A DNA stretch of 53,267 bases, filler included, from Spirochaetales bacterium (GTDB lineage: Bacteria > Spirochaetota > Spirochaetia > Treponematales > UBA12059): assembly GCA_016928955.1 (NCBI GenBank). It is 3 parts of 3 records of this genome, joined end to end, with 100 filler letters (N's around TTAATTAATTAA, not from the genome) between each part and the next. Parts side by side here need not be neighbours in the genome. Positions count along the whole stretch, not along the records: positions 1 to 21,397 come from JAFGJV010000031.1; 2 more parts are not named here. The stretch is one strand, 5' to 3'. A model generated the notes under the pieces. That model ran no database searches, was not told the DNA's origin, and was given only the letters and a program-made list of their open reading frames with translations. Every line of letters begins with the position of its first letter. Position 1 is the first letter of the stretch. A program made the translations under genes and the position numbers. This document shows, piece after piece, positions 8,203-16,435 of the stretch.

Positions 8203-9048
8203 ATGAACGCAACAAGCGAGAACCACGGCGCGCCGAATCCGGGCGTCTGGCGCTTCGTCGCATCGGTCACGGTCTGGCACGTCCTGACCTATTTCGTATT
8301 CGGCTTCATAGCGTCGAACGTCCTGGGCTACCGGGACCTCTTCGAGTTGCCGATCATACGCGACTACTACCGGCCCTTTGGCTCGGTGTCCAACCTGATA
8401 GGCCCCGCGGTGCAGGTGCTCCGCGGACTTGCGTTCGCGTTGGTGCTCCTGCCCTTCCGGAGGACGCTCTCCGAAGCCAGGCTGGGCTGGCTATGGCTCT
8501 GGGGACTCTTCCTGGGCATAGGCATCCTGGGCACGCCGAGCGCGGCCCCGTCTTCGATTGAGGGCGTGGTCTATTCCAAACTGCCCCTGTGGTTCCACGC
8601 CATAGGCCTGCCGGAAATCGGGCTTCAGACCCTCAGCTTCAGCTTTTTGGTGCACGCGGGGCTTACCGGTAAGCGCCTGGGCACCGGCGCTGGCGGCCGG
8701 CTCCTCAAGGCCCTGAGCGTGGCATGCGTGGCCTTTGCCGGCTACACCGTGGTGTCCATAGGCTTTGCCCTGGCCGCAGGCGCCAACGTCTCAGAGAGCG
8801 GCACCGATCTGGCCGTGCTCGGCCAGTTCGTGGCCCCCCTGGCCCTGGCCTTTGGAGCCGCCCTTGCCAGCGCCCGGCTGGGACTCATCCGCGTCCACGC
8901 CGCCCTGTACGTGTTGTCCGCGGCGGCGCTTTGGGCCTACCAACACTTTGCGCTGGGCGGGGCAAACCTGGCCTACGCCCTGCTGGCGCCCGTCCTGCCC
9001 GTGGCCATATCCTGGCTCCTCAACCGGCCCAAGAAGGCCCAGGCCTGA
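8203..9048 (+). CDS. Hypothetical polytopic membrane protein
   Basis: GGAGG RBS and ATG 8203; about 8 hydrophobic segments; terminator downstream. Confidence 0.75.
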   Translation: MNATSENHGAPNPGVWRFVASVTVWHVLTYFVFGFIASNVLGYRDLFELPIIRDYYRPFGSVSNLIGPAVQVLRGLAFALVLLPFRRTLSEARLGWLWLWGLFLGIGILGTPSAAPSSIEGVVYSKLPLWFHAIGLPEIGLQTLSFSFLVHAGLTGKRLGTGAGGRLLKALSVACVAFAGYTVVSIGFALAAGANVSESGTDLAVLGQFVAPLALAFGAALASARLGLIRVHAALYVLSAAALWAYQHFALGGANLAYALLAPVLPVAISWLLNRPKKAQA

Positions 9049-9064
9049 TAGCCAGCCGTATGTT

Positions 9065-9099
9065 GACGGGACGCGGCCTTGGCCGTGTCCCGTTTTTTT
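9065..9099 (+). terminator. Intrinsic terminator
   Basis: ACGGGACGCGGCC / GGCCGTGTCCCGT hairpin followed by a T-tract. Confidence 0.75.
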
Positions 9100-9183
9100 C
9101 ATTGCCCGCCCGGACGTATCGTGCTATGCTGGCCGTCCCGCGGCCCTGAGCGGCGGGTTACACCGACCGATTCCGGAACCGTC

Positions 9184-10314
9184 ATGCGCAGCTTCCCGTT
9201 GAAAACCGCCGCCCTTGTCGCGGTCGCCCTGCTCTTCTCCTGCCAGGCTCCCGTCCTCATGCCGACCGCCACCTACTCGGTCGTCTACGACAAAAACGGA
9301 GCCGACTCGGGCGCCGTTCCGGTGGATACGACCCTGTACGAAAACGGCCAGACCGTGACCGTGCGCGGCAACTCAGGCGCCCTTGCTCTGGACGGTTACG
9401 ACTTTGCCGGCTGGAACACCGCGCGCGCGGGCACGGGCACGGACCGCGTTCCCGGCTCCACCTTTGCCATGGGCCAGGCCAGCGTGTACCTCTTTGCCCA
9501 GTGGGACCCGAGCGACCCCGAGGACCCGCCCTCCGGCACCTTTACCGAGAACCTGAGCCTGCCCCAGGCCGTGCGCGACTATTACCGCCCGGCCTACGGC
9601 CTGTCCGGAGCCGAGCTCAAGTCCGCCATCCAGGGTATCATCACAAACAGCCACGACCCTGGCACCTACACCGGCCTGTGGACCATGTTCGCCAGCTCGG
9701 ACGTGGCGCCCAACGGCAAGGTGTGGGACATGTACTCCAACACAAGCGCGGACGGAAGCACGGCAGCGTACTGGTTCACCCTGGTGGAAGACCAGGCCGG
9801 CAACTATTCCACAGAGGGCGACGTGTACAACCGAGAGCACAGTTGGCCCAAGAGCACCTTTGGCGACGCCGAGCCGGGTTACAGCGACGGCCACCATATA
9901 TGCGCCACGGACGGCTACGTGAACGGCAGGCGGAGCAACTACGCTTACGGCGAGGTGGATTCGGCAAGCTGGACATCCCAGAACGGCAGCCTGCTCGGCC
10001 TGGCCAGGAGCGGGCTCGGTTATACCGGCACTGTCTTTGAGCCCATAGACGCGTACAAGGGCGACCTTGCCCGCATGCATTTCTATATGGCCGTGCGCTA
10101 CTACGGCAGTTCCGATTTCCTGGACTGCGCCTGGTCCAAGCCCGGAGCCAAGCTCAAGACCTGGTACGACGACATGCTCCGAGCCTGGGCGGCCGCCGAC
10201 CCGGTGAGCGACAAGGAACGGGTCCGCAATAACGCCGTACAGGCCCACCAGGACAACCGCAATCCCTTTATAGACTACCCTGAGTTGCTGGACCTTCTAG
10301 ACCTGGAGAACTGA
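9184..10314 (+). CDS. Endonuclease I-family (EndA/Bsn-like) lipoprotein with an InlB B-repeat-like domain
   Basis: Lipobox LLFSC; YDKNG...GYDFAGWNT...LFAQW repeat; catalytic-domain motifs NREHSWPKS, VNGRRSNY, KGDLAR..FYMAVRY and NRNPFIDYP. Confidence 0.92.
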   Translation: MRSFPLKTAALVAVALLFSCQAPVLMPTATYSVVYDKNGADSGAVPVDTTLYENGQTVTVRGNSGALALDGYDFAGWNTARAGTGTDRVPGSTFAMGQASVYLFAQWDPSDPEDPPSGTFTENLSLPQAVRDYYRPAYGLSGAELKSAIQGIITNSHDPGTYTGLWTMFASSDVAPNGKVWDMYSNTSADGSTAAYWFTLVEDQAGNYSTEGDVYNREHSWPKSTFGDAEPGYSDGHHICATDGYVNGRRSNYAYGEVDSASWTSQNGSLLGLARSGLGYTGTVFEPIDAYKGDLARMHFYMAVRYYGSSDFLDCAWSKPGAKLKTWYDDMLRAWAAADPVSDKERVRNNAVQAHQDNRNPFIDYPELLDLLDLEN

Positions 10315-10326
10315 AGAGGCCCCCGG

Positions 10327-10809
10327 TCAGTCAGCCAGGCCCGCCAAAACGACAAACGCCGCGCCGCTCCCGTGGTCCAGGATCACGGGCAGGTCGGGCG
10401 GCACGATCATACCTGGAAGCAAAAGCGCCGCGGACAGGCCCTTGAGCAGAGCCAGCTCCCTACGCTCCCTCTGCTTAAGCGGCTCCTCGAACCACGCACA
10501 GGCCGCGCGCGCCGCCTGAAAATCGAACCAGTTGTCCTCGTCCACGCGCAGGAGATGGAGCGCACAGGCGTGCGCCGCCAGGAAGCCCGAACGGTAGCGG
10601 TCCACGTGCGCGCGCGATATGCCTTCCAGTAAAGCGTCCGGCCAAACGCCCTCAAATCCGCGCGCCAGAGCGGCACGGAGCGCGCCGTCGTCCCGGGAGA
10701 GGAGCTCGAGCGGCTCATCCGGCTTCCAGCCGCGCATATCCAGAGTCCAGTTATCGCGGAGTATGGTTCGGAGGGCTGATACCAAGTCCTGTGGCGCTAC
10801 GACGTCCAT
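10327..10809 (-). CDS. Hypothetical protein
   Basis: 160-aa ORF filling the gap between genes; no recognisable motif. Confidence 0.55.
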   Translation of the reverse strand: MDVVAPQDLVSALRTILRDNWTLDMRGWKPDEPLELLSRDDGALRAALARGFEGVWPDALLEGISRAHVDRYRSGFLAAHACALHLLRVDEDNWFDFQAARAACAWFEEPLKQRERRELALLKGLSAALLLPGMIVPPDLPVILDHGSGAAFVVLAGLAD

Positions 10810-10838
10810 GAGAGGACTGTAGCACGGGGGATGGAAGG

Positions 10839-10870
10839 AAAAAAAGGGCCGCCCCGGATGGGGCGGCCCT
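10839..10870 (-). terminator. Intrinsic terminator of the four-gene lipoprotein operon
   Basis: AGGGCCGCCCC-ggat-GGGGCGGCCCT with an A-tract on the + strand. Confidence 0.9.
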
Positions 10871-10892
10871 CATTCACTCTACATCAAGTCTA

Positions 10893-13316
10893 TCAAGGCT
10901 CGTACTGAAGTAACATGAGATCGTCAAAGTAGAAAGACCCACCGCTTCTGGCTGTCATGACAAGTCGCAACTTCTTCATGCCCAGCTGGTTGATCGTATA
11001 CGAATAATTGGTATTCGTGCTCACGACCGTTCCCGTATTCGTACCATTTGCTGACCAAGTGGTAAGGTCCGTCCATACGGAACCATCATCGCTGATCTGC
11101 AGGGTGATGGTGAAGTTGGATGAGGTGCCTGAGGCCCTGCCGGTGAAGCTGAACACACCCGGATCGGCTTTGAACGGTGTGGTAAGTGAATCGCTAATGG
11201 CATTATAGCCCATTCCATAGGTCCCACTTACCTTGGCAGTCGTATTGATATAGACGGACACCGCAGACCAGGTCTCACCATCCATTGTGAAATCTCCCCC
11301 GGTTATGCTTATCGGGTCTTCTATATCTGCGGTCTCGAAGCCGGTATGTATCAGGACGGTTCCGGGAGTGATCATTATCGATATGGACTGGGAGGCGGGG
11401 TTGGCCGAACCCGTCGTGGATATGGTGACGCTGTAAGTATCGGCTATCGTTCCAGCTGGAATGATATGGCTTAGGGAATAGATGCCGTCGCCCGCTATCG
11501 CGTCTCCATTCGTGCCGTCATCCACTAGGGCGTCAGCGGCTGTGCCGCCGAGGGCAGACAGGTCCGCACTTACCGTAGTAGGTGCTGACGCGCCGCCGTA
11601 GAGTACTACTTCCGCAGTCAACACGATGGTAGCTGACATGCTAGCGGTAACCTTGGCGACCCCTGGTGTCGAAGTCGCATTGCGTAGGACGAGTATGGGC
11701 GGTTGATACGTCTCCCAGTCGCTGGCCTGATTGCCGTCTTTGCTGGGATCTTTGAGCCTAAGGACATAATTAGTGGAATCGGGGAGTGACGCGGCGGCAG
11801 CAAGGTCGCCGGGCAGCCACTGCGTGTCCGCCACGGCTTCAGCCAAGCGGGTGGGAGCATCGGGGGAGGTGGCAGTAGGGTACCAAGTGGTTGTGGTCTG
11901 TAGCCAGTATCCACTGGTGTTGTACTGCGAGGTATATGAGAGGTGGTCGGCCACCGTTCCGTCAGCCAGCTCGATCCACACCGTGCCATAGGAACTCAGT
12001 ATTGTACTCATGGCCGACTTGAAGACCCATAGACCGTCGGCCGGCCTCGCGTCGCCGATGGCGTTTACGGAGCCAGAGTAGCTACTCTCTATGATCCTTA
12101 CGGTATCCCCGTCTGCAAAGTTGGTGAACAGGTCTGTGTCGCTCATCACGAGGTTCACTGTCTTGTTGTTGGCGGTATATATCTTCCAGCCTGCGCCAAG
12201 AGCGGCCTTATTCGGGATCTTAATGTCGAACCAGGTCTCGCCCGCCAGGGCGTATGTGCTACTAAACGATGGGCAGGCCTGGGTGATGATGGCAAAAACC
12301 GGATTCGGGGTCACCGTGACCGTATATTCCTTCGCCGTGGTTCCGTCCTCGGCGGTCACGGTGTAGGTGACGGGAGCGCTGAAGTCGTTGGCTGTAACAC
12401 CGGATTCCTGGGGAATCATGGGCATGCTGCCGACCGTAACGGTGGACCAAGCGGGCGACGTGAAGCTTGCCACCAGGCTCGTTACGACCGTACCGCTCGG
12501 AACCGAAACGGCTACCGTGCCTGGGGTTACGGAATCGTCGATGGTGCCTTCGTACGTAATGCCGTCGACCTCGATGCTGAACGAGTCCAGGGTGGCAGCG
12601 GTGCCGACCGGATCCGCGATAACCGTGACGTTGTAGAGCTCGGTGACGCCGGCCTGGCCATTCAGGGTGAACTCAAGCGGCGTGGTCTCGGAATTGGCAA
12701 AGTCGTAGGTGCTGGTGGCGTCGTCATGGGCTATGCCGCCCACGGTTACGCTAAGACCGTTGTGCTCGATGTCCGCCTTGAGCGCGCCGATCTCGGAAGC
12801 GGCGTGACCGGGTATATGGGCGACCACGGTGCGCGGGGTGGTCGTGTCGGTAATGACCACGCTGGCCTCGCCGGCCGTAAGGAGGCTGACGCCAAGGAAA
12901 TCCACGCTGGTGAAGCCCATTTCAGTGCTCTCGACCTGGACGTCGAAGGTGGCCGTGCTGCCGTCCTCAGCCGTGATCACGTAGGTGACGTCAGCTGAAA
13001 AATCATTGGCCGTCACGCCTGAGGTCTGGGGAACTCCGCCGACCGACAGCGACGCGCCTGCGGACAACTCGAAAGTAGCCACCAAGGCCGACAGGTTGGT
13101 GCCGGCCGGAAGGGGTCCCACGTACCAGTAAGACCCGATTGGTACGTAGCCGGCGGGGAAATCCTGGGACAGCGCGTCGTTGGGCGTGTCCAGGAACGCG
13201 AAGGACATAACTTCCTTCTCTGACGATTTTGTGGCGCCCGGCCCGACGGGAGCCGGACAACCGACCAGGGCAATGAGCGCGAGCGCGGCCACGCCGATGG
13301 CAATGAAACGTTTCAT
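10893..13316 (-). CDS. Large lipoprotein with Ig-like (DUF5018/cadherin-like) repeats, a lamin-tail-like region and a DDG..GD..AGDG.Y (choice-of-anchor X-like) domain
   Basis: Lipobox ALVGC; two SGVTANDFS..VTY..TAEDG repeats; DDGTNGDAIAGDGIYS; AGGAGG RBS. No catalytic motif recognised. Confidence 0.8.
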   Translation of the reverse strand: MKRFIAIGVAALALIALVGCPAPVGPGATKSSEKEVMSFAFLDTPNDALSQDFPAGYVPIGSYWYVGPLPAGTNLSALVATFELSAGASLSVGGVPQTSGVTANDFSADVTYVITAEDGSTATFDVQVESTEMGFTSVDFLGVSLLTAGEASVVITDTTTPRTVVAHIPGHAASEIGALKADIEHNGLSVTVGGIAHDDATSTYDFANSETTPLEFTLNGQAGVTELYNVTVIADPVGTAATLDSFSIEVDGITYEGTIDDSVTPGTVAVSVPSGTVVTSLVASFTSPAWSTVTVGSMPMIPQESGVTANDFSAPVTYTVTAEDGTTAKEYTVTVTPNPVFAIITQACPSFSSTYALAGETWFDIKIPNKAALGAGWKIYTANNKTVNLVMSDTDLFTNFADGDTVRIIESSYSGSVNAIGDARPADGLWVFKSAMSTILSSYGTVWIELADGTVADHLSYTSQYNTSGYWLQTTTTWYPTATSPDAPTRLAEAVADTQWLPGDLAAAASLPDSTNYVLRLKDPSKDGNQASDWETYQPPILVLRNATSTPGVAKVTASMSATIVLTAEVVLYGGASAPTTVSADLSALGGTAADALVDDGTNGDAIAGDGIYSLSHIIPAGTIADTYSVTISTTGSANPASQSISIMITPGTVLIHTGFETADIEDPISITGGDFTMDGETWSAVSVYINTTAKVSGTYGMGYNAISDSLTTPFKADPGVFSFTGRASGTSSNFTITLQISDDGSVWTDLTTWSANGTNTGTVVSTNTNYSYTINQLGMKKLRLVMTARSGGSFYFDDLMLLQYEP

Positions 13317-13359
13317 CTAGGTTCCTCCTAGCAAAAATACTCCCCCGACGGGGGCGCTA

Positions 13360-14610
13360 TCACAGATCCAGTTCCAAGAGAACCGGGAAGTGATCGGAAA
13401 TAAGGTTCATGTCCTCGCTTAGGTCCTCTTTTTTCACGTCTATGGAGCCGACGCGATAGTAGTCCATGAGTGCCGGGGACAGCACGATGTGGTCAAGCAC
13501 GCTATAATACGGAGATTGGGCATAAGTCCAATCGGACGCGGATAGGTGTTCCTCGTTAACTGCGCAGAAATCGTTGGCTGCGTCCGCGTCATCAGTAACG
13601 CGCAGGTAGTCCAGGGTCGGGTAATCAAAGCCATAGGTCAGGGCGGCGCTGACCATACGGTCAGATTCCGACATGGTATTCATGTCTCCGGCGATCACCA
13701 CGAGGCCTGTTGTCAGGTCGATACCCGAGGAAAGCCTGAGGTACTCGGAAAGTTCCTTAGATTGTTCCAGACGATTGGTGATGTCGGTCGTCTGCGTGCC
13801 CGAGTCCATATGCAAACCTATGACCGTGATATCCTTATAATCAGTGCCGTTGGATACCCGGATTACCGCTTTCAGCGCTTTTCTCGGGTTAGCGCTCAAT
13901 ATGCCAGAGTAGGATTGAATCGGGTAACGCGATATGACCGCAATATCGTCCTCATAGCCCACTTCATGATAGGCTGTATACGCCATAGGATAACCTATGT
14001 CGGAAAGAGCCGCGGCCAGACGGGGCAGGTCATCGCTCCCCTCGGTCTCGTTCAGGACCACGATATCCGCGCTCGCGTTTTTTAGCATGGTTGCTATCTC
14101 GTCGTGGCGCTCGGCTCCATTGCTGAGGAAATCGTGGGCGTTGTAGCTCATCACCGTAACGCCGCTCAGGCCCAAGGGTCCCGTGGCAGGCGGAGGGGTA
14201 GCTTTGAATAGGAGAACCCGGTGGTCGAGCTGGGAGCCGTCCTCGGCTATAACTGTGTAGGTAAGGCCATTGGTAAAATCGTTGGCCGTAAGCCCGGACA
14301 GCTGGGCCTGGGATGCGACCATGACCCTGGCGCCCTCAGACGCCTGAAAGCTCATCACCAGAGAGTCGATATCCGCATCCCAGGGCAGTTGGCCTGAATT
14401 TCGCCAGGAATAGCCGTTCCAGTAGAAGGAATAATCCGACTGCAGGGATGCATTGTCTGTCTTGAGCAACACCAGCTGCTTGAAGGTCTTTGCGCTGGAC
14501 AGGGCCGGCGGCAAGGTTGGCTGGACGCAGGACCAAGCCGACAGGGCCAGGAGGATGGCGGCCGCCACGGCCGCCATTACAGCGCGGTTTTTTACCTGGC
14601 TCCTCTTCAT
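13360..14610 (-). CDS. EEP-family (endonuclease/exonuclease/phosphatase) lipoprotein with an Ig-like stalk
   Basis: Lipobox AWSC; TANDFT..LTYTVIAEDG; catalytic set MSYN, DIVVLNE, LHMDS, AGDMN, LDHI, SDHFPV. ATGA overlap with the upstream gene. Confidence 0.9.
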   Translation of the reverse strand: MKRSQVKNRAVMAAVAAAILLALSAWSCVQPTLPPALSSAKTFKQLVLLKTDNASLQSDYSFYWNGYSWRNSGQLPWDADIDSLVMSFQASEGARVMVASQAQLSGLTANDFTNGLTYTVIAEDGSQLDHRVLLFKATPPPATGPLGLSGVTVMSYNAHDFLSNGAERHDEIATMLKNASADIVVLNETEGSDDLPRLAAALSDIGYPMAYTAYHEVGYEDDIAVISRYPIQSYSGILSANPRKALKAVIRVSNGTDYKDITVIGLHMDSGTQTTDITNRLEQSKELSEYLRLSSGIDLTTGLVVIAGDMNTMSESDRMVSAALTYGFDYPTLDYLRVTDDADAANDFCAVNEEHLSASDWTYAQSPYYSVLDHIVLSPALMDYYRVGSIDVKKEDLSEDMNLISDHFPVLLELDL

Positions 14611-16433
14611 GGAAGGATCTGCTCCTCCTGGCTCAGGCACATCTTGTATTTGCTGTAGCTCACCTGGATGGGACCGTAGAAGGAGCCAGAGTCACCGGTT
14701 TCCAGGAGGCTGGCTATGGCCGGCAAACCTTGGAACCTGAGGCCCGCATCAACGGAGAAGGCTCCTTCATCGTAATCGGCCATGCCTTGCTCTATGACGC
14801 CGGTATAACGGAACACTCTACCGAGCGCCGACAAGTTGTTGTACGCGTCGGTCTCGTAATAGATGTCGTAGGTCTGGGCGTCCACGCGGCTGATCTTTCC
14901 GTGTTCGTAGATTATGGGCATGGTGTAATTCCTGATGCCCTTTATGGCTTCCACCCTGACGCGCGAGCCTATGGGCGCGTCCACGCCCACGTCCGTCCAT
15001 ATCATGATGCCGCCTGAGGAATCCTGGATGAAAAAGCACTCATCAGCATCGCTGGAGTACTTGTAGTACACGTTCTTGGCGGTTACCACGCCCTCTATGA
15101 CGGTCATGGGGAACGACGCTTCAGGATACTTGATGCTGGCGCTCAAGAGCGCGCCTATGCCGCCGTTGAAGGAATACGGGGTGGTGGTGTACTCCATGGG
15201 GTCGCTGATGATGGCTTGGACCGTGTAGGACTGGTACGTGCTGCCCACCGTGGGATACACCCAGATTTCCGTGGCCGTCCTCAAGTCCAGGGCTGTCTCG
15301 CCCGACACTATGGTCTCGCCTTGGGCCCACGCCCCCAATCCTTCCACGCCTACGGACACGATCACGGACGACAGGTCGGTGCCTTGCGGGGCGGCTATGC
15401 TCACGGTCTTGGCCGCTTCGTCTATGATGCCGTAGCTGGGCTCGGCCAGGCGCTCAAAGGCGAAGAAGGTCAGGACTTTGCGGTCGGTTGGGAGAGCCGG
15501 CGTCTGGGCGCCGGCGTTTGCCGCGTCGGAGCTGTTGTTGGCCAGGCCGTAGGTGATCCAGTCCAGGTGATTCCAGGTGGCCGTTGGATTAGTGCCACTT
15601 TTGCGGAGCATGCGCTTTTCCCTACCCCAGTAGTAGTCCGCTCCGGTGCCGCCGTTGGGCCCCAGCACATCCAGGATCACGCCGTTACGCGTGAGCTGGT
15701 AGCCGTCGTCCCCGTTAAAGTCGATGATGCCGTTGAAGCCTATGTCGGAATACAGAAGGTCGGGTGCTAGTACAGTGGAGCTCAAGAGAAAGCGGGACGC
15801 CTTGATCATGTCGGCGTACAGCACCAGCGACGCACCCGCCGCCAGCTGACCCCTCAAGGCCACGTCTTGGTCCAGGGACGGCACGCGCTGTCCGTTCAGC
15901 CTGGCCACCTTGACCAGCCTGTACTGCGCCAGGTCCACGATAGCCGCCGACTTGTTGGTGATCTCTATCCAGCGGTTACGGTCCCCTCCCAGGTCGTAAC
16001 CCGTGCCCGCGTAGTACTCGGTAAAGAGCACGGCGTCGGCGGGGGCGGGGGCGGCGCGCTGGCCCACGTCCACCAGGTACACGCTCTGGAGGCCGTCCTC
16101 GTTGGCCACCACCAGGGCGGTGGGCGACAACGAGTAGTCGGTGGGCACGGACGGAAGCGCGGACGAGCCCTCGGGCAGGGACACGGCCGCCTTGAGGCTG
16201 GAGTAGTCGGCCACGGTGTCGGGCAGGCGGACGGTGATCACGCCCAGCTCGTGGTCTATGGAAGCCCACACGTCCTCGGCCAGGCCGGCGGCCGCGTTGT
16301 CCCCCGCGCGGAAGCCAAAGGACAGGACGCTGGGGGGCGCAAACGGCCCGCGGCAGGCGCCGGCAAGGCTGGCCGCCAAAAAGCCGAGGGTCAACAATAC
16401 GGCCCTGAAGGCCGCGCTGAAATTCTTCTTCAT
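14607..16433 (-). CDS. Lamin-tail-domain lipoprotein with Ig-like repeats and a C-terminal OB-fold-like domain
   Basis: Lipobox LAGAC; lamin-tail motifs LFTEYY..G, RWIEITN, VDLAQY.L, FNGDD..L; OB-like GVVTA...FFIQDSSGGI. Confidence 0.82.
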   Translation of the reverse strand: MKKNFSAAFRAVLLTLGFLAASLAGACRGPFAPPSVLSFGFRAGDNAAAGLAEDVWASIDHELGVITVRLPDTVADYSSLKAAVSLPEGSSALPSVPTDYSLSPTALVVANEDGLQSVYLVDVGQRAAPAPADAVLFTEYYAGTGYDLGGDRNRWIEITNKSAAIVDLAQYRLVKVARLNGQRVPSLDQDVALRGQLAAGASLVLYADMIKASRFLLSSTVLAPDLLYSDIGFNGIIDFNGDDGYQLTRNGVILDVLGPNGGTGADYYWGREKRMLRKSGTNPTATWNHLDWITYGLANNSSDAANAGAQTPALPTDRKVLTFFAFERLAEPSYGIIDEAAKTVSIAAPQGTDLSSVIVSVGVEGLGAWAQGETIVSGETALDLRTATEIWVYPTVGSTYQSYTVQAIISDPMEYTTTPYSFNGGIGALLSASIKYPEASFPMTVIEGVVTAKNVYYKYSSDADECFFIQDSSGGIMIWTDVGVDAPIGSRVRVEAIKGIRNYTMPIIYEHGKISRVDAQTYDIYYETDAYNNLSALGRVFRYTGVIEQGMADYDEGAFSVDAGLRFQGLPAIASLLETGDSGSFYGPIQVSYSKYKMCLSQEEQILP

Positions 16434-16435
16434 GC

